From: Octopus sinensis
Taxonomy: Eukaryota
Assembly (NCBI RefSeq): GCF_006345805.1
Contig: NC_042999.1
Span: 163,804,001-163,868,000, forward strand
Direction of reading: 5' to 3'
DNA: 64,000 bases
Shown here in pieces: positions 1 through 14,034 of the stretch. A program made the translations under genes and the position numbers. The notes under the pieces are model-generated. The model had not been told where the DNA came from. It was given only the letters and a program-made list of their open reading frames with translations, and did not search any database. Position 1 is the first letter of the stretch, and every line of letters starts with the position of its first letter.

Positions 1-831
1 CCCCCGTGAGCGCCCGCTTAACTAGTAAACTAATCCGTCTCTGTAAGCTTTGCACGCCGTTAACGACGCGTTCAGCTTCCAGTAGCCGGGTCCCTGTCTA
101 TGTAGCCTATCTAAGTCGACCGTACAGATCACTAATTTGTGGTCCGTATATTCGACTAGGTGGAATTGTGGACACCCTACGCTGTCCTTATCCGCTGGCC
201 TACAAAACACTCTCTATCTAAGTACGATCTAGACGACCCGATGCGATTGGTCCAAGTCCACATGGCACATTCGGGTTTCTAGTCGAAACCTGTCGGACAG
301 CTGAAAGCGGCCGAGTAGGTTGGCGAGGCTCTTGCAACCCTCCCCCTCTCCTATCAGACGCTCCCCTGCCCACCCGATCGAAACGTTCGTCTAAGACAGC
401 GTTCCAATCCCCAACTAGCACTAGAGTGCGTGACGTTCCCAGGAAAACTTCCAGACGTTTGAAATAATCCGACTGCCCTGCTCCTGTCGGCGCGTAGGCA
501 GCCAGCAGTCTGAAAGCACCGCCGTCACTACCGTCCACGTCGAGGACCACCAACTTACCTTCCGGATCCAAGAAGACTGTCCTTATTTTCAAGTCCAGCC
601 CTTCCGAAACAACACCGCAGTACCACCACCGCCCGCTCCCCCGCCGACACGGAGATAGAATATCTCGTATCCTCCGAAAAGGGCTGCGAGTCCCTGCGGG
701 TCGGAGAGCCTGGTTTCACTGATGGCTGCTACATCCACATCATGAAACTTCAGGTCGTTTAACAGGTGACCCTGTTTCCAAGGTGACCCGAGGCCTCTCA
801 CATTCAAGCAACCGATTCTAAGATTTGCCAT
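1..831 (-). pseudogene. Tx1-type ORF2 apurinic-like endonuclease domain, frameshifted
   Basis: APE motifs GCLNVRGL, AAISETRL, AAYAP and LVGDWNAVLD in ORFs 589-831 and 218-592. Confidence 0.9.
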
Positions 832-869
832 GCTTCAAAAGTAAGGAAAAAAAGGAGAAAAAAAAGGCT

Positions 870-2420
870 CTACTTATTGTTGTTGGTGGTGGGGGTGGCT
901 CCCTTGTGCTTTTGCACGGGTGCTTCCACTATATTTTTGTAAAGTTTCTTCGAGAAACTTTTCCCTAGCGATCCCACATCGTTAGGGAAATTTTGCTTGA
1001 TTTCATTATATGTTGTTTTGTTTATTTTTATTGTGAGAATGTGTGCTGGTGGTGTGTTTTTTGTTGGTATAACGAAATCCGTTATATTTGTACTTGCTTT
1101 TTCTTTCAAATACTCAACCAGTTCCTGGTTTCTTGTATTTATTGATGTAAGTGCGTCTGTGTGTGTTTGTGTGTTTGGCAGTGGCAGTAGTGGTGTCGAA
1201 AGTGTTGTTGTTGTTTGTTGTTGTGAATGTGTGTTGTCGTTGATGTTGTTGTTGATGTTTGGAAGCACTATTTGTTCGTGCTTCCCCTGTGTGTCTTTTT
1301 GTTTTTCTCCTCATTTCTTTTTGGAGGTACCGTGTTCCACTCTCCTTTGTCGGAATCAGTGCTCGCACAATCCGAGCACTCTTCATCCGGCAAAGGAATA
1401 GTTGAGGGTCTGCTTCAGCAGCAGGACGAAAAGTTGTTGGTTCCTCCGGTATCGGGGTGCCGCTGCTCCTGTTGCTGTTGATGTGCTGCTGTCGACCTTC
1501 TAGGTACTGGTTTGTGGTGTTGGTTTTGGTGGTTGTTGCTTGGAGGTGGTGTTGTTTCGTCTTGGTGCTGGTGATGGTGTTGGTGGTGTGCAGCCTTTGG
1601 TGTTTCGTGTTGTTCTGTGGTTTCTGTTGTGTGTTGTTGTTGTTGTTGCTGCCTCTTGCTGTATGCCTCCATTCTCTTTTTTTTGAATGGGGCAGTTCCT
1701 CTTAAAGTGGGCTTTCGCTGCTGCAGAGGAAACATTTTGGCTTTCGCCCCTCTACAGCAACGTTTAGCCTGGTGCCGTCCGCGAACTAACGAAATCTGGG
1801 ACCTTGTTGCTGATATTTTCTTGCTGAATCTGAGCAAGAAGCAGCACTCCCATCCCCAACCAGTTTTTTCTCCCTGACTCTCCTGACATCCAGAATGGTG
1901 GTAGTGTCCTCTATGTCATAGAGGACAGCTGCCACCAGCCATGACATATCGAGTTCAGGCGGGACGAGGTCAATTTTTATTTTGGTCACTCTTCTTTTCC
2001 GAGTGGGTTGGAACGAGTAACAAACTCTCTGTTTGCAAGGGCGAAATGGCGTGCGCCCTTGCTTGCTGCCTCTGTTGGAAAGCGAACCTCCACGGTTCCG
2101 AAACGCTTCCCTTGGTTACGTAGCTTTTTTGGGCCCAAATGGGCTTAGAGAGCTATCTCTAACTGTTGGGTGTGGCGTTTGTCATTCTTTGTATTTTCTG
2201 TCGAAACCTTTATGTGATTGTTTTTTTGTTTGTGTCTTCAATCACCTCTTGTGGAGTATTGAGGAAGATGCTGTTGCCATCCTTCCTCAACAACTCCTTT
2301 GCTTTTTTGATGTCTTGTAAAGTAATCTTTACTTCCTCCGAAATTTGCTTCGCAGCAGAAGCAAAATCGTTGGAAGTTTTTTTCATTTTTCTCTGTGTTC
2401 CTGTTTGTGTTTGTCTTTGT
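870..2420 (-). pseudogene. Tx1-type ORF1 (gag-like, RRM-like region plus zinc knuckle), frameshifted
   Basis: Fragments KELLRKDGN..., GKRFGTVEVRFPTE and KIKIDLVPPELDMSWLVAAV. Knuckle PKCFLCSSES/HFKRNCP at ~1691-1740 with a 1-nt frameshift. Thr/Gln-rich linker; stop at 870. Confidence 0.8.
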
Positions 2421-2901
2421 TATAAGTTTCCTTTCCTCCCCCTTCGGTACAGCATCATCACATTTTGAAGGCAGAGGGGGGAAATCGAGAGTGACGTCGA
2501 ACGCGACGTCCTGGTTAGCATTCCTCTTTTCGAACGGGCGCGCGTGCTTTCCGGTTCGGAAGGAGGATCTCTGTGCCTTTTACGGCGCGAATGGGCGGTT
2601 CGACCGCTGACAAAATTTTTTCTTCTTGTGGAGGGGGTGGTGTTGCAAGGAGGGAAAGCCAGCAGCTCTTTTTAACGACATTTGGAAATGTGTGTGTGCA
2701 AAATAATGTGAATGTCAATAATATAAACAGTAATTTTTACCCCCAATGGGGTAAATTTTGCCTAGCCAACCAGCTCTGTAAAAGTTAGTCGGCTTGGCCA
2801 CACAATATTAAAAAATACTTCAACTCACAAACAATTTCCAAGGAAATTGTCACAAAAATCACGGAGCTTCCGGAGAACGTCCATCCTCGCGTTGAAAGAA
2901 A

Positions 2902-2939
<38 letters not shown>

Positions 2940-2944
<5 letters not shown>

Positions 2945-3295
2945 ACCAAACTATGCTGGATCATGGATATAGCTGACAACAAGATATGCGATAAAGAAGA
3001 AAGGGAAGTCGATAGGTATGACAAGTTAGCTTGGGAGATAAGCAGTTGTGGTCGATGAAAAAGGTGGTAGTAGTACCAGTAATTGTCGGAGACCTGGTAA
3101 CAGTGAGCAAAAATCTCGAGAAGTACATGGAACAAATAGGGGCTGCAATAAGGGTGGAGCACTTGCAGAAAACAGCACTGCTCGAATACTCCTGAAGGTA
3201 TTCGATAAATAAGCGATGTTACCTCAGTTCACTGGTAGTGAACAGCTGACACCCTAGAACATCTCCAGCGTTAGAAGCTGTGCAAAGGCAATGAT
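2940..3295 (+). mobile_element. 3' fragment of an R4/Dong-like RLE LINE flanked by (TAA)n
   Basis: Degenerate C-terminal motifs (...VVVVPVIVG...SKNLEKYMEQIG...EHLQKTALL) like the C-terminus at 63.5-63.8 kb. (TAA)n on both sides. Confidence 0.7.
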
Positions 3296-3316
3296 AATAA
3301 TAATAATAACAACAAC

Positions 3317-3359
<43 letters not shown>

Positions 3360-3375
3360 CACAACAACACAAAAC

Positions 3376-3419
<44 letters not shown>

Positions 3420-3434
3420 TAATAATAATCATAA

Positions 3435-3476
<42 letters not shown>

Positions 3477-3478
<2 letters not shown>

Positions 3479-3625
3479 CCTTTCTATTATAGGAAGAAGG
3501 CCTGAAATTTTTGGGGAGGGGGAAAGTCAATTACATCGACCCCAGCACTTAACTGGTACTTATTTCATCGACGTCGAACGGATGAAAAGTAAAGTAGCTC
3601 TCGGTGGACGTAGAGACTGACGAAC
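3477..3625 (-). mobile_element. SINE family A fragment (core plus tail ending in (ATC)n)
   Basis: Core gtcgatgaaataagtaccag...ggggtcgatgtaatt shared with about a dozen copies in the window. Confidence 0.7.
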
Positions 3626-3689
3626 ATTAATATAAATAACCTGTCAAACGTTTTGATGCGTGACTTTTGGCCCACCTATCCTGTATGAT

Positions 3690-3996
3690 GTGGAGGCATA
3701 TGGCTTAGTGGTTAGAGCAGCGGACTCGCGGTCGAGGGATCGCGGGTTCGAATCTCAGACTGGGCGATGTGTGTGTTTATGAGCGAAACATCTAAGTTCC
3801 ACGCGGCTCCGGCAGAAGGTAATGGCGAACTTCTGCTGACTCTTTTGCCACAACTTTCTCTCACTCTTTCCTCCTGCATCTTGCAGCTCACCTGCGACGG
3901 ACCGGCGTCCCGTCCTATTCGCCAAGGAAACCTATACGCCAAGGAAACCGGGAAACCGGCCCTTATGAGCCAGGCGTGGCTCGAAAAGTATAAACA
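3690..3996 (+). mobile_element. Full-length tRNA-derived SINE with 12-bp TSD
   Basis: A box TGGCTTAGTGG and B box GGTTCGAATCT. TSD atcctgtatgat at 3678-3689 and 3997-4008. Confidence 0.9.
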
Positions 3997-4434
3997 ATCC
4001 TGTATGATACCCCCATTCAGTATCTGACTTTCTACAAAGCACGAACATGATCCCATCAGACTACTACTCCAATATGTAGAATGCTGTTGTGTTAAATATG
4101 TAGATATCCTAGAAAACATTTCAAATTAGTATATCAAATTGAAAACTAACAACTCAACTCACCCATTTCTACTCTTCGCTCTTTTTACTGTGTCTCAACT
4201 CTTGGCCTCCATGTTATGCCCATTCCTCAAAACTCAGAGCTGCAATCCTCTGAAAATCACTCAACGTCTATGCTGTTCTATTAAATTTCGACCTACAGAT
4301 ATTCAAACAGAACAATAGAGCATCAATTTTATCGATTTTTCCTATATATGAAGCCTCGCAAGGGACATGAGTACAGAATAACTTCGTCTAACTAATACAC
4401 ACCCACGCACACACATACGCAATTACACAATCTG

Positions 4435-4680
<246 letters not shown>

Positions 4681-5856
4681 GCCATCATAATACTTAGTCA
4701 TGCATCTAAATATGGAAATTGCTTCGCTGCATTTATCTGCAATATGCATGTTGAAAGACATTAGAAAATAGATTCTGTGAAAAATACCTTCTACCTATAC
4801 AATCGCTTGTCTGCGTACACTGGTTTGAGATGTTCGAACCCAATCTGAAGTGAATACTTGTGCAGGAGTTTTTATAATATGGGCCTCATGTATGTAATAC
4901 AAAGGTGGATATTTTGCTATACATTCGATAATGCACTTATATATACCTTGGTTATAGGGATCATTCATTAATTGTATTTGTGTACGTACATGTATTGTGT
5001 GTGTTTGTATGTGTGTGCATGCATGCGTGCGTTTGTGTGGAGATACTGGTTATACAACCACTTTTATTAAATATGTCATACTAAGCTTTTACATGAACAC
5101 GACCAAACTTTGAGAACTTCCGCAAAGCGTGCTAACATGCATATTACAGTCATAGTTATCACTCGCTCTAGCACTGCCACCATCATTATGAACAATAACC
5201 GCTACGCGTGGCGCTCTAGCCTCTAGCCTCTAAGTAATGATTTGACTTACTAAAATAGCAGCTAAATCTTTCTCTGTCTTCCTGAAGCAACAGCCTACCA
5301 GATTGACCATATAAGCTCACGTGGTATAATGTTTTTTTTAGATATATTGGCGGAAATAAGATTGGGGTGATTATTACTGAAAGACCATTGATCATTGGTT
5401 ACTTTGATCAGTGTTGATCGGAGTTTAAGCAACAACGTTAGCAATAATAAAAGTAACAATACTTAAGTATTAAAAGTAATTTACTCCACTTAGAGTACAG
5501 CAAGCCCTACTTTTCAAACCCTCTGATACTTCAAACCAACTAATTTAGTCGATACCACCACTTCTATACTAATTGATCCTGGCAGTAAATATGCTCACTT
5601 TTGACCCATCCAACACAGCTACATGAATTTCTAGAATATTCCAACTCTTCTTTTGTATCGTTTATTCACACAAAGTTCACAACCCAATGAACTGTAAGTG
5701 CTTCACAGGTAGCTGTGCTGTAAAGGCGAGCACTGTTCATAATTTTATCAGAAAACTCATCCACCGTCACCGAACTGGAAGCATTTACTCTCCGTCGTAA
5801 CACCGGCGAACATTTAATCATGCATTGCATGGCCTGCGAACTCCTCACTTCCTTAC

Positions 5857-5878
5857 CTTCCATATCACCACCTGCCAT
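5857..5878 (-). other. Candidate short first coding exon (MAGGDME, phase-1 donor) of an unidentified gene
   Basis: aaaacaaaATGG start context followed by GAAG|gtaagg donor in non-repetitive DNA. No downstream exon identified. Confidence 0.2.
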
Positions 5879-8800
5879 TTTGTTTTCTTGCCAAAAGAAT
5901 ATCTTTTAGCATTGTGGAATATTTCTACTCACAGTTCCCAACGTAAATAGCAGACGCATAGCTAAAGCCACTATTGTGTATACACAAAACAAACGCATAT
6001 CAAATTCACCATCTTGACTTTGTCTGCCTCATTTTACACACATAGTGTACCTGCTATCAATCTCTAGATAAATTTGGCGATAATAACTTTTTACTATCAC
6101 CAGAACTAGTTTTATTATCAGCAAATTCTTCAACCTTTTCGTCTACAAATCTTTAATCAAACTATGGATACATACGATAGTGTATTCCATTAGTAAAAAA
6201 AGTAACGTCTCTGACCACCTGTATAGTTACTGAAAAGTTAGATGTACTTTGCTCTGTCAGACGCCAGTGATATTTTGACTTTGGAAACGTCGGCGAAAAA
6301 CATTTTATTGCTACTGAAGTTTGCAAATCTTTAACTAATTTTATGTCGGAGTGTGTCCGATTAAATATCCCCTTACAAAGTGGTTCGCTTGTGTTGATGA
6401 TGATCTCTAAGTCTCACATATCAAAGTTCACTTATGTCTCCTATTCTCTTTTTTCCATATCTATTCACTATTACTATAAACAACACGTTCTATATACATG
6501 ATATCATTCGTTGCTCCCTCTGCTTCCTACATCCAGGGGTAAACCACATGCAGCCTAAACATAGACAAGAATAGAAATATTAGACACATTTTTTCAGTGG
6601 GAATACCATCTAGTCTCATGTAATCTAGTCGAAATACTGTCACTACATATATCAAGTGAACAGTTTTGTACAATACCCTACTTGCACATGAACAATATAT
6701 GATCGAAAACCTCGAATTTTCTACAAATACCACTAGTTCCACAAACTTTCATGATGACTTCACATATATTACATTGTCAAAACTGCATTCTAAATACAAG
6801 GTTTCCTTTTCACTGAAATAAAATCAGCTGATCAACTGACACCCAAAATACAGCATTGTTCCATCATCTGTGAAACAGTACAGCGGTTATACAAACAGCT
6901 TGGACTGCATAAAAGTAGACCATCTTGATGATTGACAAAAACTCAACAAGCAGCACTTTACAACCGCTGCCTCGGAGGCGTATTATTCTTTCTCTATATT
7001 TTCTTTTTCTTGTGACATTACTACAATGGCCTTCGGTTCCTCTAAACTTGATGTTTGTCCATCTCCACACCACCAGCTTCATCAAAATCCACACCAACAC
7101 TGCAACCGTAAAAAACTACTGCTAACAAACCCATCATTAACAAGGAAACCTCTACATAGTCGCTCGACTTGTTACAGCAGCTAAATCTCACCCAATTCTC
7201 TCCCATTAGATGTGTCCCTTGATACCAATAAAAAGACTGTACAGTCTCGGCTGAGATGCCTTTGATCATAGGTCTGTTCGATCAGAGATGACCAAGGCTT
7301 AAACAGCGACAATCAAAGCCATCATTATCATCAACAAAACACTACTACCAACGACAATAACAACGCTACCAAACACATCACTGATATCTCCGCCAATATT
7401 ACTACACTGTTTATTCCGCTGAGGTCGACTTTGCCTTTCATCCTTTCGGGGTCGATGAAATGAATAGCAGTTGAGTACTGGGGTCGATGTACTCGACTTA
7501 CCCACTCCCCTGAAATTTCTGGCCTTGTGCCAAAATTTGAAACCGATATTATTACACTGCTTAGGCTTTTGTGGCAGGTACGTGAACAGTTTGTTATGTC
7601 CCTCTCCCCTTATATACAGGGCCATTGTGACTTGTCAAAAAGCGATCCGGATGAAATGCTGTTATCGAGTGTCGTAATAAGAGTAAGTTCAGGCGTTGGT
7701 GGTAAGTAACGCAATAGAATCAAACACGGAAATACCAAAACTGTTTTCACGGCTTGTTGGTGCTGTAAAAGCTGCATTTATAATCACAGCTGAATTTATA
7801 TTTACCACAGTGTTAATATGTAAACAACTTGTATAGCAATAACTAATTGATGATTACAACGCATACGTCTGTTGCATCAATCACTAATTTATGGCTACTA
7901 AGTTGGCGTCTGGAATAGTATAATTTTAAATGGGAAGGTTTTAAATTATTATAAAGCAAGACTGTTGTGTCTATAAAGTTTGCTCAGCTATGTTTATTTT
8001 TACGAACGTTTGATGTAATCTTTATATGAGTCTGGCTAAAGCAATCTGTGTTTTGCCGTGGTGTTTCCTCATTATTTTTGCTGTATATGCACTGAGAGTT
8101 TCGGTGACTTAGTGGATAGTGCAACAAGAGGATGTAAAAAAAAAAAAAAATGATCGATAAATATGGGGAGCAAAAATGGCTTGAATCTAGAATAATATCA
8201 GCTGACGATCAACAACTTTGTATATCTCATCAGAAAACAGATGCCAATCATATGTCTGGACAGCACATAAAACTTATCGTCGTGAGGGGAAAACACTTTA
8301 TGTAAAGACATCCGGTTATGCACTCAATAATTAGCTTCTCTGTTATTGAAATGTCTTTAATATGTAGCCTCATTATAGCAGGTTGTTATATTATAGCAGG
8401 TAATGTCTGCTGACCAGTGAACAGTGAAAGTATTTCACTATTTCTATGTCCCCGTTTCCAATAAACACAAAAGGCCCAGAAGGGAAAATATTCTTCGTTT
8501 GCCCGTCACTTTTTCAGAACCATAAAGAAAAAAAAATATTGGAAACAAAGACTTACTTAACCAATATAGAGTTTATAGGAATAAAGACCAAACTCTGAAG
8601 AAACAAGTCACTTTGCGCAGGAGAAATTTGTAAAATAAACCCGAGATTAGAGTTAAGTTATAGAATTCTGTCAGGGACTAGAGAATTCCATACGGCTCTG
8701 CTTGAAACCTCAGGATACACCTCCCTCAAGATGTATATTTTACAAATGCCGTTAGATTTTACGCTTACTTTGAAAAAGTATAAAAATTACATATCGTGTT

Positions 8801-9249
8801 TTTCTTTACTGAAATGGGACATGCATTATACTTCTGTTGAAGTACAATTTACTCAGGGACATCGAATATCGGGATCTTTTCATCACTTTCCTCATAAAAT
8901 TGTTTGATCAATAGAATGTTTCCACTAATTTACGTGTATTCAAGATATCGTGCTGATATTTGATTGTGGTTCTTTATCCTCAGATCTCTTCTGATCAAGC
9001 AGATCAATGATCAAAGACATACGGCTGTGACCATCTCGTTTTTGTTTTTGTTTTTTGTTTTGAAACTGATCTAGGATTGCATTATCAAATGTCTCTTTTC
9101 TGGTTATTTTTTTAAGAATGTAGGATATGTTTCGAGGGTAACTTCAATGAGATTTCCAGCTGGTTGAATGGCTATGCAGTAGACCCTTCATAGATCAATG
9201 GTATTTGGTTGACGTTTTCGATGGAATATTCTATCAGTTTCGGAAATTT

Positions 9250-9349
9250 NNNNNNNNNNNNNNNNNNNNNNNNNNNNNNNNNNNNNNNNNNNNNNNNNNN
9301 NNNNNNNNNNNNNNNNNNNNNNNNNNNNNNNNNNNNNNNNNNNNNNNNN
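9250..9349. other. Assembly gap (100 N)
   Basis: Run of exactly 100 N followed by (TCTA)n. Confidence 0.99.
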
Positions 9350-9374
9350 TCTATCTATCTATCTATCTATCTAC

Positions 9375-9421
<47 letters not shown>

Positions 9422-9812
9422 CCTATCTATCTATCTAGCTAGCTAGCTATCTACCTCTCTCTCTCTCTCTCTCTGTTGGCGCGTGGCCTAGTTGTTACAG
9501 GGCTCCACTCATAATCTCGAGATCGTGGTTTCAATTCCCAGACCAGGTGCGCATTTAGTTTCAGAACGAAATCATTTCATGTTATTCCAATTCACTTTGT
9601 TGTAAATGGATAATTCTGCACCGAACTGGCGTTCCCTTCACTGGAAATGTGTGCCTGCTCGCCCAGCCAGCGGTATGGATCATTCGAAACATACAACAAT
9701 TCCGAGTGGATTGTGATCAGCGGTGTCTAACAACATCAGATAGTCTAGTCTGGTCAATCCCCAAAGAGGCAGCAAATAAATCTGCATAGGCTTAAGAATT
9801 ATAAACAGATAA

Positions 9813-10292
9813 GTGCAGGATGGCTGTGGGGTAAGAAGCTTGCTTCTCAACCAGATGGTTCTAGGTTCAGTTCCACTGAGTGATAATTTGGCCAATTGTC
9901 TTCTACTATAGTCTCGGGCCGACCAAAGCCTTGTGAGTAGATTTGGTAGACGGAAACTGGAAGAAGCCCGTCGTATATATATATATATATATATATATAC
10001 AGCGGTGGTGCCCCAGCATGGCCGCAGCCTTCGGGCTAAAACATTTTAAAGGATTTTTAAGGATTTATATATATATATGTTTGTGTGCGTGTATTTGTGT
10101 CTCTGTGTTTGTCCCCCACCATCGCTTGACAACCGATGTTGGCGTGTTTACGTCTCCGTAACCTAGCGGTTCGGCAAAAGGAACTGATAGAATAAGTACT
10201 AGGCTTACGAATAATAAGTCCTGTGGTCGATTTATTCAACTAAAAGGCGGTGCTCCAGCATGGTTGCAGTCAAATGGCTGAAACATGTAATA
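9813..10292 (+). mobile_element. tRNA-derived SINE family B with an internal (TA)n/(TG)n microsatellite
   Basis: Head TGGCTGTGGGGTAAGAAGC...GGTTCAGTTCC, internal microsatellite, and conserved 3' half cgcttgacaaccgatgttgg...gactgaaac. The 3' half recurs at 16.4, 20.3, 45.1, 51.8 and 53.5 kb. Confidence 0.8.
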
Positions 10293-11357
10293 GAGTAGAC
10301 AAAAATCACGAAGTTAAAATGAGAAATTTGAGGCAAAGCGGACGCAAAGACACTAAAGAAACAGGCAAGTAAAATCAGGTGCATGAAAAGTGTGGAAATA
10401 TAAAGCAGACAAAAAGACAAAGAAGTATTAATCTTAATTGCCAAAGGAAGAGCCATATATGTATCTGACGGTTCGGGTGATACCTTTTATAAAAGTGAAG
10501 AAAGAATTACAGAAAAAAAGAATCGCGGTCTATGTAGACTTGTCATGTGAGCAGTCGTCTTTGATACCGTAATTTTTATCTCTTTCTCTTGTTTCTCAAT
10601 TCCTGTTTAGTTTGTCATCTCTTCCATAATATAAAATGTAAGATTTTCTTCTGTTTCTTCCTCTGGCGTATTAAACTTCTTTGTACACTTCTTTGTTGCT
10701 TTTTAGCTTTATATTTTACGCTGTTCCAGGATAGATAATTTTTTTTAACGATAATAAAGCTTTATAAAGGAAACCAGGCTTAAATCTAATTTTTTTCTTC
10801 CGAAATTGTCATTCAGAAAATTATTGTTTTTATCATTGAGAATGAAATAAAACCGCTTACTACACCAAGTATACAAGCGTCTATCTTTCTTTGAAACTAT
10901 ATTGCAGCCTAAGCGGAGAGTCTCTATGACGTATATTTAGAGAGAGAGATAGAAATAACAACTAACACACACCTTTAGAGCCTTTTAGACGAAAGAGCAC
11001 ATCGTAAAAGTTAGCCCGAAGCACATCGTATATAAAAAGGTAAAACGAAATGATTGCTCTTGGAATACATTTTATTAGAAGTCTCTTAGAACAAGGATGA
11101 AATGGGGTTAAAAAACTCAAACACCAACAAAACAGTTGCAACGCATTAGCTTTATGTGAACAGGAGAGTTACCTTATATTGCCGTGATTTTTAGAATTTC
11201 CTTCGCTGTATGTTGTAGGTTATTCAAAATTGTGTGTAACACGAAATGATTGTCAGCTGGTGTGAGTAATGTAGATAATATATACATAGAAACATGCGTA
11301 CATGTATACATATATACATAAACGCATGCATACATACATACATGCATACATATATAC

Positions 11358-11426
<69 letters not shown>

Positions 11427-11514
11427 CTACATATATACATACAACAAAACATACATACATACTTACATATCTACATACATACATATATATACATATACAT
11501 ACATACACACTACA

Positions 11515-11581
<67 letters not shown>

Positions 11582-12664
11582 CACTCTCTCTCTCTTTATA
11601 TATATATATATATATATACATCTATATACATACAAACATGCACACACACATGTATATATAAACTCATTCAGATGAATGAAAACTAAAAAATCATAAAAGA
11701 AATTACATATTCATGATTTTCATATTTTCTTATGATTTTCTTGAAATTCTGTTATGGCAGGAAAAAATAAATTCTCGATAAATCAATATTTAATCAACTA
11801 TTTCCGTGACACAGTGAAATTTGTATCATGAATATGTAAGTGCACACATGACTGTGAGGTTAAGCAGCTTGCTTAGCAAACATGTAGTTTTCGATTCATT
11901 CCCACTGAGCGGCACATTGGGCAAAGCACTGGGTTGAATAATACAGTGTGTTTGTGTGTGTGTGTGGTGTGTGTGTGTGTGTTTGTGTGTGTATGGATAG
12001 ACAGAAAATGTTCAGAAGCCTATCGTATTTGTTTATGTGCGTATTTGACTAAGTAAAAACGGCGTTGAGTAGTTAAAAGAGTAACTTATCTAGGTATTGA
12101 AATAGGAAAGAAATTAAAATAACCACAGGCATAATTACGTATTTGGGTTTGTTTGAAACATGCTGTGATATCTCAGCACGGCTACATCCAGTGACTGAAA
12201 CCAGTGAAAGAATGAAAAAAATATGTACATATATACATGGTGGAAGTCTTCAACCATTGATCGAAAGTCCAAGAAGTTTCTGTGCATGAATTTGCTTGAA
12301 GGGATAAATTGTTGCTCAGCACTGAATCCACTTTTCAGCGCCATCAGCTATAAAACTAGTGATTCAACAGAGGCAGAGACGACCAGGTACTAACTGCACT
12401 CCAGGGAATTATTTTTATACGAGTTTACCTTCTAGAAGGAAGATCTAACGAGAACCAGGGATCCTCCACTCCGCTTGGTTTACGTGCGAGTTCATTCATA
12501 GCTGGGACCCCAACAGGTGCCACTACTCTGGGTCCGAGTAGATATGGGAACAATAGAGGCTAAGAGATGGTTGCAAACTCCCCAAAGACCTGGAACTTCC
12601 GAAACAGAGTCCTACTTCCGGATGCAGTTTAAGCTCATACCCAGGTTATACACACATACATTAA

Positions 12665-12772
12665 ATAAGTACTAGTTACGCACTGGGGCCGATGCAATCG
12701 ACTTAATCCCTTTGTCTGTCCTTGTTTGTCTCCTTTATGTTTAGCCCCTTGTGGGTAATAAAGAAATAAATA
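12665..12772 (+). mobile_element. SINE family A 3' part with Tx1-type tail
   Basis: Ends ...tttatgtttagccccttgtgggtaataaagaaata. Confidence 0.75.
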
Positions 12773-12885
12773 TATATAAAAGTATGTTCATATATATGTA
12801 TTTTGCGTACACTGTAGTTGTATTTAACCCCAGGTATATAAATCTACTACTTAAAAAGTATATAAATATGTATAAATTTTCATGA

Positions 12886-12983
<98 letters not shown>

Positions 12984-13576
12984 TTAAATATTTGTTGTGC
13001 AAGATTTTTTATGTGAAGTCGTGTTTTGAAACAGATATTGTTATATTTCGGAATGGTCATATTGCCAGTTTAGCCAATAAAAACACACGCACTATATATT
13101 TGGTGTTATTTTGCTTCAGTGATATTTATTTTTTACATTAATCTTAATCTTATTTCGGCCAGAGTTCTTTCGTCACACTCCTGTGACCGCATCAGTGGTC
13201 CTTTGTTTTCTTCTTTCTTATTTGTTTGTGTCTCTCCTTACTAACCGTCAGCCATTTTGTATTTCTATTGTATGTCTTCATTTGCGCATGATTATATCTC
13301 TATGTGCGTCTATGTTTATTTAGTGTGTGTGTGGGGGGATGCCTGTAATATTTGTATCTTCTGTTTATATACATTCATGTAATTTGTATTTTGTTTTTTG
13401 TTTTTGTTGTTGTTGCTTTTGTTCTAATTTTGTTCATGTGTTTACCTCCACCCATTATTATCATTACATATGCTTGTATGTACGTATGTATAACAACAAT
13501 ATTAGTAATAATAATAATACATCTAATCGAAAAAAAATATATATATACACATACATATACACATATATACATATAT

Positions 13577-13620
<44 letters not shown>

Positions 13621-13682
13621 TCAGTAATGCAATACAAAGTATTGCCTTCCAGTAAAAAGTAGCCCGTGAGGGAAAAATACAC

Positions 13683-14034
13683 AAATTAGTAAATAAATGG
13701 CACAACTAAGTACCGATATTTACTGGAAATAGCGAACGTAAAAATACGACGCTAATGTGTAGCTTCACCGCGTATGTATTAGCAAAAATGCGTGTGTGCA
13801 ACAAAATAGAGAAAAAAAACCGTCTTACCTCCAGGGAGAACATCTGAAAGATGAAACACCCGGAAAATGGATAATGTGGTACCTGCAGGTTTCAGGTTTT
13901 GCAAGATATGTCTCTCACCCATATTTTGCTTTACCTTCTTCAGCCAAACATATACCAAGACGAAATCTACGATGTTACCACATTAATACTAACAGTAAAT
14001 ATCGGTACTTAGTTGTGCCATTTATTTACTAATT

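Larger units (their letters stand above)
1..2700 (-). mobile_element. Tx1/L1-clade non-LTR retrotransposon, 5' portion (ORF1 plus start of ORF2); runs off the window start
   Basis: Minus-strand ORF1 fragments with a CCHC knuckle, a 38-nt pyrimidine-rich spacer (832-869), then an APE endonuclease start (MANLRIGCLNVRGL). Bases 1-45 match 34955-34997, so this is the same family as the copy at 32-35 kb. Confidence 0.9.

Noticed and set aside
3690-3770. tRNA genes at SINE heads
   Set aside because: A/B boxes continue into SINE bodies with TSDs, and no acceptor stem closes.
10450-10900. Very decayed PLE N-terminal region on minus (EENLT...EIKITVSK)
   Set aside because: Similarity is too weak to support without an alignment.
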